From assembly GCF_006345805.1 (NCBI RefSeq), contig NC_043005.1:33728001-33792000 (forward strand): a stretch of DNA of 64,000 nucleotides, read 5' to 3'. How positions within the stretch are numbered: the stretch's first letter is position 1; every line of letters begins with the position of its first letter. Shown here in pieces: positions 27,517 through 41,403 of this stretch. The DNA comes from Octopus sinensis. Its lineage: Eukaryota. Made by a program: the position numbers and the translations under genes. Below the pieces are notes generated by a model. It was not told the origin of the DNA. It ran no database searches and saw only the letters and a program-made list of their open reading frames with translations.

Positions 27517-27747
27517 GGCAGTGAGCTGACAGAAACATTAGCACGCCGGGTGAAATGTGTAGCCGTATTTCATCTGTCGTTACTTTCTGAGTTCAAATTC
27601 CGCCGAGGTCAACTTTGCCTTTCATCCTTTTGGGGTCAATAAATAAAGTACCAGTTTCCCACTGGGGTCGATGTAATAGACTTAATCCTTTTGTCTGTCC
27701 TTGTTTGTCCCCTCTATGTTTAGCCCTTTGTGGGCAGTAAAGAAATA
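27517..27747 (+). mobile_element. SINE family 3
   Basis: ggcagaaacgttagcacgccggg...ttctgagttcaaattccgccgaggtcgactttgcctttcatcctttcggggtc consensus. Other copies: 32560-32725, 37168-37385, 38079-38306, 52626-52845, 56365-56540, 61706-62148 (minus); 51194-51405, 53558-53958 (plus). Confidence 0.85.
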
Positions 27748-27839
27748 CATTTGTCTGTTTTGGCATGGTTTCCCTTAATGCCCTTCCTAATGCCAACCCC
27801 TTTACAGAGTGTGCTGGGTGCTCTTTACATAACATAGAT

Positions 27840-28015
27840 ACTTTTCAATGTGGTGCCAGCATAAGTGCATTTTAAGTGGTGCCAGCTCAAGTGCTTTTCA
27901 TGTGGTGCTGGCATGAGTGCATTTTAAGTGGTGCCAGCTCAAGTGCTTTGTATGTGGTGCTGGCACAAATGCTTTGTACATAGTGCCAGCATGAGTGAAA
28001 TTTATGTGGCACCAG
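27840..28015. repeat. About 26-bp tandem repeat, 6-7 copies
   Basis: gtggtgccagcatgagtgcattttaa variants; related to the RTE 3' UTR motif ttttatgtggcaccagca. Confidence 0.8.
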
Positions 28016-29829
28016 TTCGAGACTGATTTAAATGGTCACCTTGTCTCTATTTGATTTTTGTTAAGCATTCATCATCATCATCGTTTAACGTCCGCTTTCC
28101 ATGCTAGCATGGGTTGGACGGTTCAACTGGGGTCTGGCAAGCTCGAAGGCTGCACCAGGCCAGTCAGATCTGGCAGTGTTTCTACAGCTGGATGCCCTTC
28201 CTAATGCCAACCACTCCGAGATAATAATATTTGCTTCTCTGCAATACATGAATAATTTTGATTGATTTAAGTGATTGTGCTCATTACATGAGCTGTGCTT
28301 GGACTTCACTATCAAGGACTTTGTTTGTTATCAGATCAAAGCTATGGAAACTGGAGATAACTACATTTCAGCCTCAATAATCTAAACATTAATTATCTAT
28401 ATTTCAGATTACCCAAACAAGATTTCAAAGTTTGTGAATAATCTAATTCACCATAACGCAAACTCAAGAATAATACTGGTGCTATCATATCGTATTTTGT
28501 TTACAATAATTAAAGTGAATTTGAATTACTGATGAACATGTAAAAATGTAGCACCAAAGGGGTATTACAGACACTATTGTAACAATCATCAAAAGTACCT
28601 TATGTCTGTTGGTTTTCTTGGTCATCTTATTTGGGTTCCGTTGGTCACTTACAACAGTGTTAAAAAAAACATAAACATGCAAAGTAGTGACAATATACAA
28701 ACTTAAGATTAATTCAAATATCTTTAGAGATATTTGAATTCATTACAGGTTTCTCACTGCAGTTAGTCATGAAGAAAAAATTCTCACTTAAGATAAAAAA
28801 AAAAAAATGTCGGCTCACATCACTCTCTATTGGACGGAAGGATGTGTTTTTATCTTAGGTGAGAAATTTTCCTCTGCAACAACATGCAGTGAAAAGCCTT
28901 TTCAGATTTAAATATTTTTCTAATATACTTGAACTGATCATAAAACATTGGAACCATGTTAACTTGTTTTTGATAGTAGGGTACTTTATGGAATAGTGGA
29001 TAGGGATAAAAATATGTTTGAGTTATTATTTGTCTATCTTTTATCCTTTATCTTTTACTTGTTTCAGCCATTAGACTGCGGCCATGCTGGGACACTACCT
29101 TGAAGAATTTTTAGTCAAATGAATCAACCCCAGTACCTTTTTTTTTTTTAAACCTGGTACTTATTCTACCAACCTCTTATGCTGATTGCTACGTTACAGG
29201 GACATAAACACACTGATACCAATTATCAGGAAGTGAAGGGGGACAAACACAGACACAAAGACACACACCCATAGATTTACATATATATATATCGGGCTTC
29301 TTTCAGTTTTTGTCTACCAAATTTACTCACAAGACTTTGGTTGGCCAAAGACTATAGGAGAAGACACTTGCCTAAGGTGCCACATAGTAGGACCGATCCC
29401 AGAACCATGTGGTTGGGAAGCAAACTTCTTACCACAGTCACACATGTGCCTACATAACTTGGGCATGCTGATTTCAGCCAATTTTAACAAATTAATTATT
29501 GGTATGTTGGTATACAAAAGCTTAATCAGTGCAGTAATTATGTTCAGTCTGGCTTCTTTGTCTATGTTCATATCAATTATCTGAAGAATTATTTATTTAA
29601 ACAAAATATTTCTCTTTTGTTTTATGTAGATACTCAAGATCTAAATGTATAGGATTTATAAGAGTCTTGACTTTCAGAAAAAGGTAAGTGTTACATGTAT
29701 TTTAAGACACATGATAGATAGAGCATTGTAGATATAAACTCTTAAACATTTCCTAGTTTTTATTTTCTATAAAAATCCTGTAAAAATGGTTTAACTTATA
29801 AAAAAATGAATGTACACAATAGTATTTAC

Positions 29830-29991
29830 CTTGCGAATTGTTGTATTCTTTATAGAAGACATTTCTGAATCTGTGACGACATCATGATAGAGAACCACCA
29901 GAGGGTCATAGTGTAGTATTTCTCGTTTGAAATTCAAATAAGGTACAAGTCTCTCATGGAATGAGCAGACAACATTGTTGGAGATTTGTGG
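29830..29991 (-). CDS. P4HA: P4HA-A exon 6 (5' boundary uncertain)
   Basis: PQISNNVVCSFHERLVPYLNFKREILHYDPLVVLYHDVVTDSEMSSIKNTTIRK; donor AAG|GTAAAT; the only in-phase acceptor is a weak AAAAAAG|. Confidence 0.88.
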
Positions 29992-30515
29992 CTTTTTTCA
30001 TTTTTTTTTGTAGAAAATGTTTAAAAAATAAAAACAAATACAAATAAGAAACAATGTGTACCTGTGTATATATGAAGGTATGTATGCATTTTTGATGTAC
30101 ATGCATGATTGTGTGTGTGTGTGTATAAAAATATACACACATAAACATATATATGGTTGTATTTACATGCAACTGCTAGGATGATTTTTCGTTTCTGAAT
30201 CTGTGACGACATCATGATAGAGAGCCACCAGAGGGTCATAGTGTAATATTTCTTGTTTGAAATTCAAATAAGGTACAAGTCTCTCATGGAATGAGCAGAC
30301 AACATTGTTGGAGATTTGTGGATTTTTTTCATTTTTTTGTAAAAAATGTTTAAAAAATAAAAACAAATACAAATAAGAAACAATGTGTACCTGTGTATAT
30401 ATGAAGGTATGTATGCATTTTTGATGTACATGCATGATTGTGTGTGTGTATAAAAATATACACACATAAATATATATATAGTTGTATTTACATGCAACTG
30501 CTAAGATGATTTTTC
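29862..30515. repeat. About 330-bp tandem duplication containing most of P4HA-A exon 6
   Basis: Copy 1 is 29862-30190 and copy 2 is 30192-30515, with few mismatches. Confidence 0.95.
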
Positions 30516-32838
30516 ATTACCCAATAATATATTTAAATGAATTCTAGTTTCTAACTTTTGAAGGCTCAACATCTTATTAAATATTTTTCTGTAAAACAAC
30601 AATTTGTTTTACAAAAATTTAAAATTTGAGCATTTTGGTGAACCCTTTTTCTGTAAAACAGGAAATTTTTTCCATTTAAATTTCTTGTTTTTTAAGATTA
30701 CAGTATATAATTTATTATTTAGATCATCGTTCAAGTACCATTGCCATTGTTAGCCCAATTTTTGGTTCACCTCCATACTACATTGAGGTGATTGTTGGTT
30801 TTTATTGGGGGTGGGGAAGGTCACCACTGATTTTTAATTTATATTTTATAATGTACAGAAAACATATCTGATTATTTAGCCTCAGATTACTCCTGAGCAA
30901 GCAGACCTATGATCAAAGATGTTTCAGCTTGACCAGCCATTCTGTATTTCTGATACAGTATGTCTAGAAATACATCATCAAATGTATCTTTTCTAAGAGA
31001 CAATAGGTAGAGATTTGAGGACAATCTGGCTGCTATTTCTAACAGGTTGAGTGATCATGCTGTCTCACATAATAACACCTGTACCTCCTTCAGTTCATGC
31101 TATTTGGGTTACCCCTGAGCTCAGCGAAAAGGAAGAAAAGTACTAATTTAATGAATTAACAAGAATTCGGACAGTGTTAATTAAATTTGCCCTGGCAATG
31201 ATTACCGGAAAGAAGAGACAAGACATAACCAGAGAGAAGTCATGACCCGGTGGATGGTTTAACTTCTCTAGTGTTGTGAGATAGAGAGGAAAAGGTAGAG
31301 TAGACAGGAAAGAAAGGGTAGGAGGAAGAGTGTAAAAGAGACAGCTGAACGAAATGTGAATATGAAGAGGTTCTTGAGAAGATAATGTTTAAAAAATTTT
31401 ATCATTATTATAATTATAATTATTAATTATTATGTTATAAAACTTATATGAAAATAAAGGTTATAATATAATGAATATTTTAACATAAAGTATATGCAAT
31501 TTTAAACAAGTTTAAGAAATGGAAATTAAAAAATTTTAAAAAATGATATTTCTAATGCACGGCAAGGTTATGGAATTATAGTCAAGGCCTGATTGAGCTT
31601 GACTCAACATTTTGCTGGGTCAAGCACGTTTAGTGCTTGACCAATATTGTATTTTTAAACACAGCCTGTCCATAAGAGATTTTAACTTCAGACTAAAATT
31701 GCAGTAACTTGCCTGCCAACAGTGTATATATATATATATTATATATATATATATATATACACTAAGTAAGATATATAGATGGTTAGTTTATTTTATTACT
31801 TTTTCAGTTGCGTACAGCTGATGATTCACCAGACACAAACTTATATCAGCTGTAGGTATTAATTTCCAGCAGAATATTTGATTCCTCTGAACAATGATCA
31901 TTTGGCCAATATGTGCTAGAATCTTCTAGAAAGGGCTCCTGTGATAATTTGGTTTCTTATCAAAAGGATTTTTCATCTGATATATCTGATTTATTCTTTT
32001 TAAATCTACTGAATATTTTAGTATCTGAATGGATGTAGGAGGTGGACATGATGGACAGTTAGGCAAGAAGTCAAGGTAAGTGGAGCATTAAGTAAAGAGA
32101 TAAGGCATACCTTATGTCTTTAGTGCACACATTAGATATATATATTGCAAGTAGGGGGAAAACAATATATGGGAGGGTTGAATTCTTTACAAAACTAGAT
32201 CTGTTGTAGGATTGAGACACTAACAGTGACAACAATGATGATGATGATGATGGCACTGAAGACAGCAACAGTCTCTACAATGGAGAGAACTGGAACTGGA
32301 AACTCTAATGATGACAATGATGATTATGAAGATAATGATGAAGATGGGGATGACTATATTGGAAAGAACTGGAAAATGTAAGGATGATGATGATGATGAT
32401 GATGAAGGTAATGATGGTGGTGATGATGGTGATAATGAAGAGGATAAAAATGACAATGACAGTGATGATAACAATGAAAATACCAAGAACAATGACAATG
32501 CTGATAATAGTAATAATGATTTCAAATGTTTTTACAAGGGCAGTTTAGGAGAGGGGATTAAGTCGATTACATTGACCCCAATGTTTCACTGGTTCTTAAT
32601 TTATTGACCCAGAAAGGATGCAAGGCAAAGTCGACTTTGGCAGGATTTGAGCTCAGAATGCAGTGACAGGTGAAATACTGCTAAGCATTCCATCTGGTGT
32701 GCTAACAATTCTGCCAGCTTGTCACCTGCTGATGATAGCAATAATGATAATTATAATTATGAATATAATCATAACAATAAAGATGACAATGACTTTTGCA
32801 TGTCTGTTAACTTTATGTATTTTTCAAAAAAGTTTTAC

Positions 32839-33002
32839 CTGTAACTGAGCCCGGCACAATTTCTCAAAGTTATAGTAACCTATCCATTTTGGTGGTGGGC
32901 GAATCAATGGATGCAAAACTGGTTTGTTACTAGATTTCTGAAGATAATTCCGTAATTCTGTCTGCAACTGATTGTCATGGATACCACTCCCGTTCTTCTT
33001 GA
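32839..33002 (-). CDS. P4HA: P4HA-A exon 5
   Basis: TTTTTTCAG acceptor; ends YYNFEKLCRAQLQ (cf. YERLCRGE); CAG|GTAAAA donor. Confidence 0.9.
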
Positions 33003-34729
33003 CTGAAAAAATATCAACTCTTTAATTCCTTAGGAAGTTCTGATGATGCCAAAATCATCACCATAACTTTGACAAAGTTGTTTATTTCAATATATTGCTG
33101 TTGTTGTTGTTGTTTATTTGTCATTTCTCTAATTGTATGGGTTAGTAATGTTACTATTGTGTTGTTTGATACACAAGGGGATGCTGAAAAGTTCCTGGCT
33201 TTAAGGGTATGGTGAAAGGCTTGGTTGGAGGCCTAACCTTCTGGGTTCTTTTACTGGGCTTAGTAAAACTGAAGGACTGCTGCAATAAGTGAGTGAATCT
33301 GAGAGGCAAATACTTTGAATGATTAATTATCTTCATGTATTATCTTTTGCCCAAAGCCAAGGATGAGGTGGGGAAGAACGATCTTTGAATGTTGGGCTTC
33401 ACAGAAGCAATGACATATGCCGTGCTTGAGAAGGACCTGTTAAGCCAAGTGAGATTGTAGTCATGGCCAATGCCAGTGTTGTTTAACTGGTCCATTAAAA
33501 GTATCCTTCAGTTGTTGGACAATATGCTGTGCATGTGAATACCTGTTGAATAGGATGAAATCATAGTCGTGGCCAATGCTAGTGCTGTCTGACTGGCACC
33601 CATACTGGTGGCATGTAAAGAGTACTCTTCGAGTGTTAGGCCTCATGGAGATAGTGATGTCAAGCTGAGTGAGATCATAGTCATGGCCAATGCCAGTGTC
33701 GCATAACTGGCCTGTTAAAAGCACCCTTCAATCGTTGGGTCATATGCTATGCTTGTGAAGATCTGTTGGACCAAATGAAATTGTTGTTGTGGCCGATACC
33801 AGTGCCATCTAACTGGCACCTGCGCCAGTGACACGTAAAAAGCCCTAAGAAAGCATTGGGTAGTGAAAGTTGACCAAGACTCTTGGTATTATACCAATGG
33901 TCACTTGTTGCCTAAAGATCAACCTCGTCCAAGGCATCTGTTGACCCCTCCACACTCAAACAAATGGAAACATCATGAAAATTCATGGACTGATCTCGGA
34001 AGACCACCACTGAACAATTGATGAACTTGTCGATATAACTGGTATGTCCAGGAGCTCCTGCCAACGAATTTTGAGTTATGAATTGTGAATGGAAAGAGTT
34101 GTAGCAAAATTTGTGCCTCACTTGCTCATGGAAGATCAAAAGCAGTCACAACTGAATGCATGTTGTGAACTGAAAGAACAGTTGGAAGTTGATCTGGGCC
34201 TTTTTCGAAGGTCATCACTGGTGATGAAAGCTGGTGCTGCAGAATTTGCATATGTAGAAGAGGTGAAAAAAAACAACAGTGGCATTGAAAGGCATCACTT
34301 CACAAGAGTTCCAGAACTGCTCCGAAAAGTGGAAAACACATCTAGACTGACGCATTGCTTCAAATGGATAATACTCTGAAGGCAATAAAAGTGTAAACAT
34401 GTAAAACTCTCTTCTGCTTTTAATTATCTGAAATCTTCTTTTGAGAAAGGAAATGGTTTCTAACAAAGATACAAAGCTCCTCATCAGAATGTAAATAAAA
34501 AAACAAATTCACATTTTAAACTTGAGAAAAGTCTTGTATATTTTCACTGTTCCACTTATAGATAGTATTTTTAATGTATGAATTAGCTAGTTGATTTCAT
34601 TTTATAAAAACTCTAGCTTATATGTATGCACGTGTGTCTATAAATGTGTGTGTGTGTGTGTGTGTAAAACAACTTTTCCCTAAAATTTTTTTATTAGGTT
34701 TTCATCAATTCATTCAAAATTGTACTCAC

Positions 34730-34775
34730 CAATCAACTGTTGGATAGAATCAGCTGATAGATCTGGTCTTCCAAG
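34730..34775 (-). CDS. P4HA: P4HA-A exon 4 (46 nt)
   Basis: TTTTGTAG|LGRPDLSADSIQQLI+G|GTGAGT; supplies exactly the phase 0 to 1 bridge needed between exons 3 and 5. Confidence 0.85.
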
Positions 34776-34999
34776 CTACAAAATAATGTAAAAATCAGCC
34801 AAATATTTTCATTGAATCCATTCCATCACATACTGTACTATTTAAGAAAGCACATCTCTATCATTTTATACATCTCTAATGTTAATCTTAAGTTATTCTT
34901 TTCAGATAATGATGGCCATGATTTAAAATAGCTTCATCTTGGGCAGACATCTTAATCTTGGATTCTGAGGCAGAGATCTTGATCCTGTGACTTATATAT

Positions 35000-36420
35000 C
35001 TTGAGCATTACCAGTGGATTAGTTGAACTGGTTGAGTATCAGACAAAAGGCAGCTCCATCAAAGAGATGAGCTTCAGGAAAACAAACTTCACAAATGGCA
35101 ATCACACAAACTAACATGCTCTAGGTACTGCAGCATTGATACATGCCTATGTGCCACCTACCCAACTATACTGATCCCTCTACACAGAAGATATTAGCAG
35201 AATGTGGGTTTTATATCTAAAGTAGTTCATCCATTCCACAACAAAAGACCAAGCACTCTAACCTGGTCAAATAAAAAAGCATTATGGCAGGTGTTGTATG
35301 TGTTGCTAACATAGCACACACTTTTAGGGATCACTTCCTCTCATCTCATTTCTGGGTGAGGTTTACCATACTGCTCATTAACTATTTCAATTCCTCTCTA
35401 CTGGGAGATTTGGACCAATTCAGACCCAATTGTTTTAACAGGCACTAAGGGTCCATCACCCTGGATGCTAGCTGGTGTGGGTGTGTCTCTCCAGGTGCCA
35501 AGTAGCAAATCTTCTGACTTGTGGCTGATCAAACTGAGGATTTCAGATTGATCCAAATAGACCAGAACTCCATCACAGCCACATTCATTATCTACCTCTT
35601 CTATGATGTAGAGGTTGTCATAGATAGATCTGCCAAGAATCACACAGGCCTGCATGCTTCTGGTCACACTATATCAATGGTAAGTGCCAATCTCTTCATG
35701 AGCACCTTGGCCAACATTTTAAATTCTACATGCTTTGCGGAATAATAAACCAGAAATAGTCAATATCACCTTTGTTTGCAGCTTTCTTCAGCTGCACCAC
35801 CACTACCTGGTTAACACAACTGGAAATGTCCCCAGTCTCTTAGTAATTGTGATAGATGTCTGCTAAAATACATGTATCCTTAAAACTAACAACAGACAAA
35901 CAATCCAAACAAAGTGATTTATTTTTTTTTACACCTGCCACTCACTAGCAAATGTACCTCAGCTACTGTAATTGTTTTTTGTAAGATTCCACCTCTTCTA
36001 CTAAGAATTATGGAAGGCTGTTGAAATAGGTGCCAATGTCCACCATTTCCAGTTCACAACTACTCCCTGTTAGAAACCAGCATACATCTACTTAGAATCA
36101 AGTAAATGTTTGTTGCTGCCCACCAAAAATATAACTGTGTCTTTGTTGTCATGTGACATCTCTATCATCAGGACCTATTGAATATCATTTCCACCTTCAG
36201 GTATAAGAGTACACATCTTATCTTTGGTAAAGCAACTTTTGAGCTTTACATAGGAAAAATTCCACAGTGTCATTTTCACTACTAGTACATTGTTTACCTT
36301 ATTTGATGCTTTTTTAAGGTCTCCTCTTTTAATTAGGTAATTCCTTCTCTAATCTGTTGCTATGCTGGATTGGGAAAATCTCCCCAAAGCCCACTATTTA
36401 TATAAAGCTTTCACCCTTTT
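35000..36420 (-). mobile_element. Decayed L1/Tx1-clade LINE ORF2 fragment
   Basis: FKMLAKVLMKRL, QACVILGRSIYDNL, LVYLDQS and LGV*IGPNL.VERN motifs. Confidence 0.75.
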
Positions 36421-36683
36421 TCTCATTTTTTTGTAACTTTATTAAGTCCACTACCACATGTATTGTAACCCTTATTTATATACCGTTGTAAGTTTGAAAG
36501 GGTCTTGGTACCGATAATAAAGAAATTTATGTTGTTTTTTTACTACTGTCCTCATTGTTTTTGAGTCCTTGTGGCCAATAAAAAGACAATTATTATTATT
36601 GTTAATGTTGTTGTTGTTACTGTTATGTGTGAATTCTTGACAAACAAACAAATAAAAAAAAGACAAAATTGCTGCACAATTAC

Positions 36684-37012
36684 CTTATAAAGTATAGCTG
36701 CCATTGACATATGGGCTTTAGTGAGTAAATGTTGTGATGCTGCGTCTGTACCAAGTATGCTAATGGTATAATTATACCATTTCACAGCTTCCCAGTCCAT
36801 TTCCATGTCCTGGGCCACATCAGCAATGCTAAGACATTGTGTCGTCTCTAAAGCCATAGTTCTCTTTCCCAGCAGATTCCCTCTTGCCAGTTGATACAGT
36901 GGTACTTGGTATATTTCTACAATCCGTAGAAGTCCAAGTGATGCCCCCTGAAGGTCGTCTGTGTCTGGCCACATTTCTGAGTCTTGTATGAATTTGGCAG
37001 TGTGTAAAAATT
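36684..37012 (-). CDS. P4HA: P4HA-A exon 3
   Basis: WPDTDDLQGASLGLLRIVEIYQVPLYQLARGNLLG (cf. FPNDEDQVGAAKALLRLQDTY); TTATAG acceptor, AAG|GTAAT donor. Confidence 0.95.
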
Positions 37013-38041
37013 CTATAACAGAAGAATATGTTAAGTAATAGCATTGCTCCAGCATGGCACCACCCAGTGACTGGAACCAGTAAAATAGTAAATGCAAAAT
37101 ATGTAAATAAGCTGGATATTTAAGAATTTTAAGTAGTGGCAGGATTAGAAAATAAAGCTACTTGGTTTAATATTGGTTTCAAATTTTGGCACTAGGTCAT
37201 CAATTTTAGGGGAAGAAAAGTCGATTATATTGGCCCCAGCATACAACTGATACTTATTTTATCAACCCCAAAAAGATGAACGGCAAAGTCAACTTTGGCA
37301 GCATTTGAACTTAAAATGTAAACATGGATGAAATAATACTAAGCATTTTGTTTGGCAAGCTAATGATTCTGCCAGTGTGCTGCCTTTATGTCCAGTGACA
37401 TAATCAAGAATGATGCGGAGTTACTTCTTTTAACTTCTCCTCTCATACTGATATTTACTATCAACTACACCACCCTTGCACATCCTTCACTACATAACCT
37501 TCTTCACTCATCTCCAACCACTTATTACTCTCCTCCCAATCTCCTATGAATTCATCCAGCCACCCCTCCTCATCCTCAGTCTGTATTCTCTCTTATAATC
37601 ATCTTCTTGCACCTCGAGAGTATACTCTGACATTTACCAACTTATCTTCTTCCCAGATATCCACATCGCCCTTACATAATGCAGGGTAGCCATGTATTTC
37701 TTCTATAACAAGACACTTGTACCTGTCCCACTGTTATACTTTGACCTCTCCACACTTGGCATAAAGCCACCCCATCCTCCCCTACAACCCCCCTCAGCTG
37801 AGGGGATTTCTTCTTTCTCTTTGTTTTGCAAGTTACTTGGTAACCTCGCTAGTGCTGGTGTCATAGCAAAAAAAAACAAAAAAAAAACTGCTCTATACAT
37901 TCTGTAAGGTGGTTGGTAATAGCAAGGGCATCCAGCCATAGAAACCATACCTGAGCAGATATTGGAGCTTTACTCAGTCCTCCAGCTTGTTGGATCCTAT
38001 CAAACAATTCAATCCATACTAGTATGGAAAATAGTCATTAA

Positions 38042-38073
<32 letters not shown>

Positions 38074-39342
38074 ATACCTATTTCTTTACTACTCACAAGG
38101 GGCTAAACACAGAGAGGACAAACAAGGACAAACAAACGGATTAAGTCGATTATATTGACCCCAGTGTGTAACTGGTACTTAATTTATCAACCCCGAAAGG
38201 ATGAAAGGCATAGTTGACCTCGGTGGAATTTGAACTCAGAACGTAGCGGCAGACGAAATACTGCTAAGCATTTCGCCCAGCGTGCTAATGTTTCTGCCAG
38301 CTCGCCGTCTTAATGATGATGATACACCATCAGCTACCATAGCTGGTGTGGCACCTCATGAAAATGTAGGAGGACATAATTGTTTTTTTTTAGCTAAGCA
38401 GCACATTCCCCACCAACTTAAACTGTTAATGAATTTGTTATATATTATTAAGACGAACCCTACACATTCTTTATCATTATTTACCATAATACATTCAAAT
38501 ATTAAATCTATTTATCTATATTTACTGTAAACAATGGTGACATTGGAGATTCCACTTTCCAAATGTACATTCAAATGACAATATACAACCAATCACAAAA
38601 ATGATAAGGACAACTGATTAAAAATAGAATATACAAAATTATAATGTTCAACTCATTTGCAATTCAGTTGCATTCCTCAACATTTTGTGTTCAAATTCTA
38701 CTGGTGTCAACTCAGACTATCATCTTTATTTTGGTTCAATAAAATGAACATACATGTCAGTCATGTTGTCATCATTATCATCATCACCATTGTCATTATC
38801 ATCATCATAAGCATTGGCATCCTTCTGTGTTTAGAATCTGATTCCACTGAATTTATCCACATTGTCTAAATTGACTGGATAAGCCTACATGTAACGTGAC
38901 TTTGAGGACATGAGAAATGGGCCCACAGTTGTGTTCAGGAATCCTTGTTTGTTGGCCTCCACCCTATCCATGTACCATTTGTTAGCCTCCTCATTATTGC
39001 TACTTTCAAAGAAATCACACCCAACATGGCATTTTCTTTTGTAGAGTTGACTATCTGCTACATCAATTGACCAACTTTAGTTGATCTTTGTATCGCTACC
39101 TTAGTACTGTTGCTTTTACTATTTAGATTTAAAGACAAGATCTGCTTCTAACTGTAATGTCTTTCTTTCCTCAACATTTGAGTCTGCTGATGTTAGTTAT
39201 TTCTCTTGCTTGCTGGTTTGAAATACCCTCAAGAGATTTATTTGTCTTCTAATTAGAAGGATAATCTCAGTTATTTGAAGTTTTTCAATCCTTATACTAT
39301 GTATGTGACACTCTATCCACTCTCTCTCTCTCTCTCTCTCCT

Positions 39343-40089
39343 TATATATATATATATATATATATACATAAATTATTAAAGAGTTACCACTATGTGGATA
39401 GCTCTAGTGCTAAAAATAGCTCCGTTAGTATAGCCACAGAAAAGATGTTTCCAAGTAGAAATAACATTACATTTAACGGAAGGAAAGTGAAACATAACGA
39501 AGAAATAGATACAGAAAAGATGTTTCCAAGTAGAAATAACATTACATTTAACGGAAGGAAAGTGAAACATAACGAAGAAATAGATACAGAAAAGATGTTT
39601 CCAAGTAGAAATAACATTACATTTAACGGAAGGAAAGTGAAACATAACGAAGAAATAGATTTCAATCTTTTTCTTCGTTATGTTTCACTTTCCTTCCGTT
39701 AAATGTAATGTTATTTCTACTTGGAAACATATTTTCTGTGGCTATACTAACGGAGCTATTTTTAGCACTAGAGCTATCCACATAGTGGTAACTCTCTAAT
39801 AATTTATGTATGAATTTGTATTATCTCCCTAGTTTTACGTGCTAAGCCACTTGGTGTTTAATTAATGGTATTAAATTAATATCAATTTTTCACCCTCATT
39901 TATAAATATATATATATATATATATATTTATAAATGAGGGTGAAAAATTGATATTAATTTAATAATACCATTAATTAAACACCAAGTGGCTTAGCACGTA
40001 AAACTAGGGAGATAATACAAATTTATACATAAATTATTAGAGAGTTACCACTATGTGGATAGCTCTAGTGCTAAAAATAGCTCCGTTAG

Positions 40090-40137
<48 letters not shown>
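39343..40137. repeat. Nested double palindrome with a 75-bp triplication, flanked by (TA)n
   Basis: Hairpin centres at 39661-39664 and about 39916; 75-bp units at 39436, 39511 and 39586. Confidence 0.95.
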
Positions 40138-40140
<3 letters not shown>

Positions 40141-41403
40141 GCTGCAATGCTGAAATGAATTGATAGATTCACATATAACACATATATACATCTTTCTTTT
40201 TTTTTTCCTCTGATGAAATTATACTCATGTTACATAAGTGTAAATTTAATGTACAAATTTATAATTAAATCATTGAGTATTAATTGAAATGGCTGCAAGA
40301 AGTGAAGATGACCAATTTGTTAATAATAAGCAATTATTAACTTCCTTATCTCCATTTTCTTTTAAATGGATATAAACTATATTCTTAATACATACCTATT
40401 GTTTTAAGGGAATTTCATTCCCCCAAAACACTAAGTATTGAACGAGTATCTCCTTTGATGCAACCATCCCTTCATGAGGTTAACATATCTTCTAATTAAA
40501 TACACACACACACACACACTAACAGTAATTTCCAGCATACAAGCTGATGTAGTATATAGTGTAAATATTCAAACATTCTCACTAACTTTCCAACTTCTGC
40601 TGCTTTTCACAGCAAGTCATCTTGGTGTATAAGTCAATCTACTCATTCTGACTGTAAATTTTGGTCTGAAAAAGTTCAACTTGTATTGTAGACAATTCGA
40701 TATGTGTATGTATATATGCACATATTTTTGAAAGCAAAGTTTTTATTTTTTCATCACATATTTAATCTTATTTAATTAAAACTAAACAAAATTTTTTACA
40801 AAATCCATCATTGACCTAAGTAGGATTTGAACTTGTAACACAGAGAGCTGGAGCAAATACCACAAGTTATTCTATCTGATGCAGTAATAACTTTGCCAGT
40901 TTGCTGTTATCATATTATAATTAATAAAAGACAGATGGAAAGATGGTTAGAAGTATTATGGATCCTTGGTTACATTTCACCATCTTAGTCTCATTTATTT
41001 GTGGCTTAGTCTGAATAAGGTTTTTGGGGATAGAGAACAGAGGGGAAGAAACCACAACCCATGGCTTGTGGATAAGTGGTGTACTCATATATTGAGTTAT
41101 CTCTAGAGTGGTTGATCTGTCTAAATGTCTTGCAATAGAGTGGAATCTACTAAAGGTACTCAGTGGTAAAAAGGTTGTGTTAAGTCAGGCAATAGTCTAC
41201 TACTCAAAAATATGCACACTTATATAGGCTTAAGCGCTGTTTTTGTCTAACCAATTTTGCTCATGATGCTTGGGCTGATCTAGGGTCATACGAAAATACA
41301 TATACATAGTGTTGTGCTGTGGGATTGAATCTGGATTGACATTATTGCAAACTAAAGTTCTTAAGCACATGAAACTAAATGTCAATTTTATTGTGGTACT
41401 TAC

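Noticed and set aside
28598-28650. Short minus-strand exon-like segment ending AAG|GTAC
   Set aside because: Weak acceptor, no homology; exon 7 at 26267-26337 fits the slot properly.
31830-32024. Exon-like segment with a CATTCAG acceptor in intron 5
   Set aside because: All three frames contain stops.
39394-39702. 102-aa ORF with three 25-aa repeats
   Set aside because: By-product of the 75-bp triplication in the palindrome; no splice or codon evidence.
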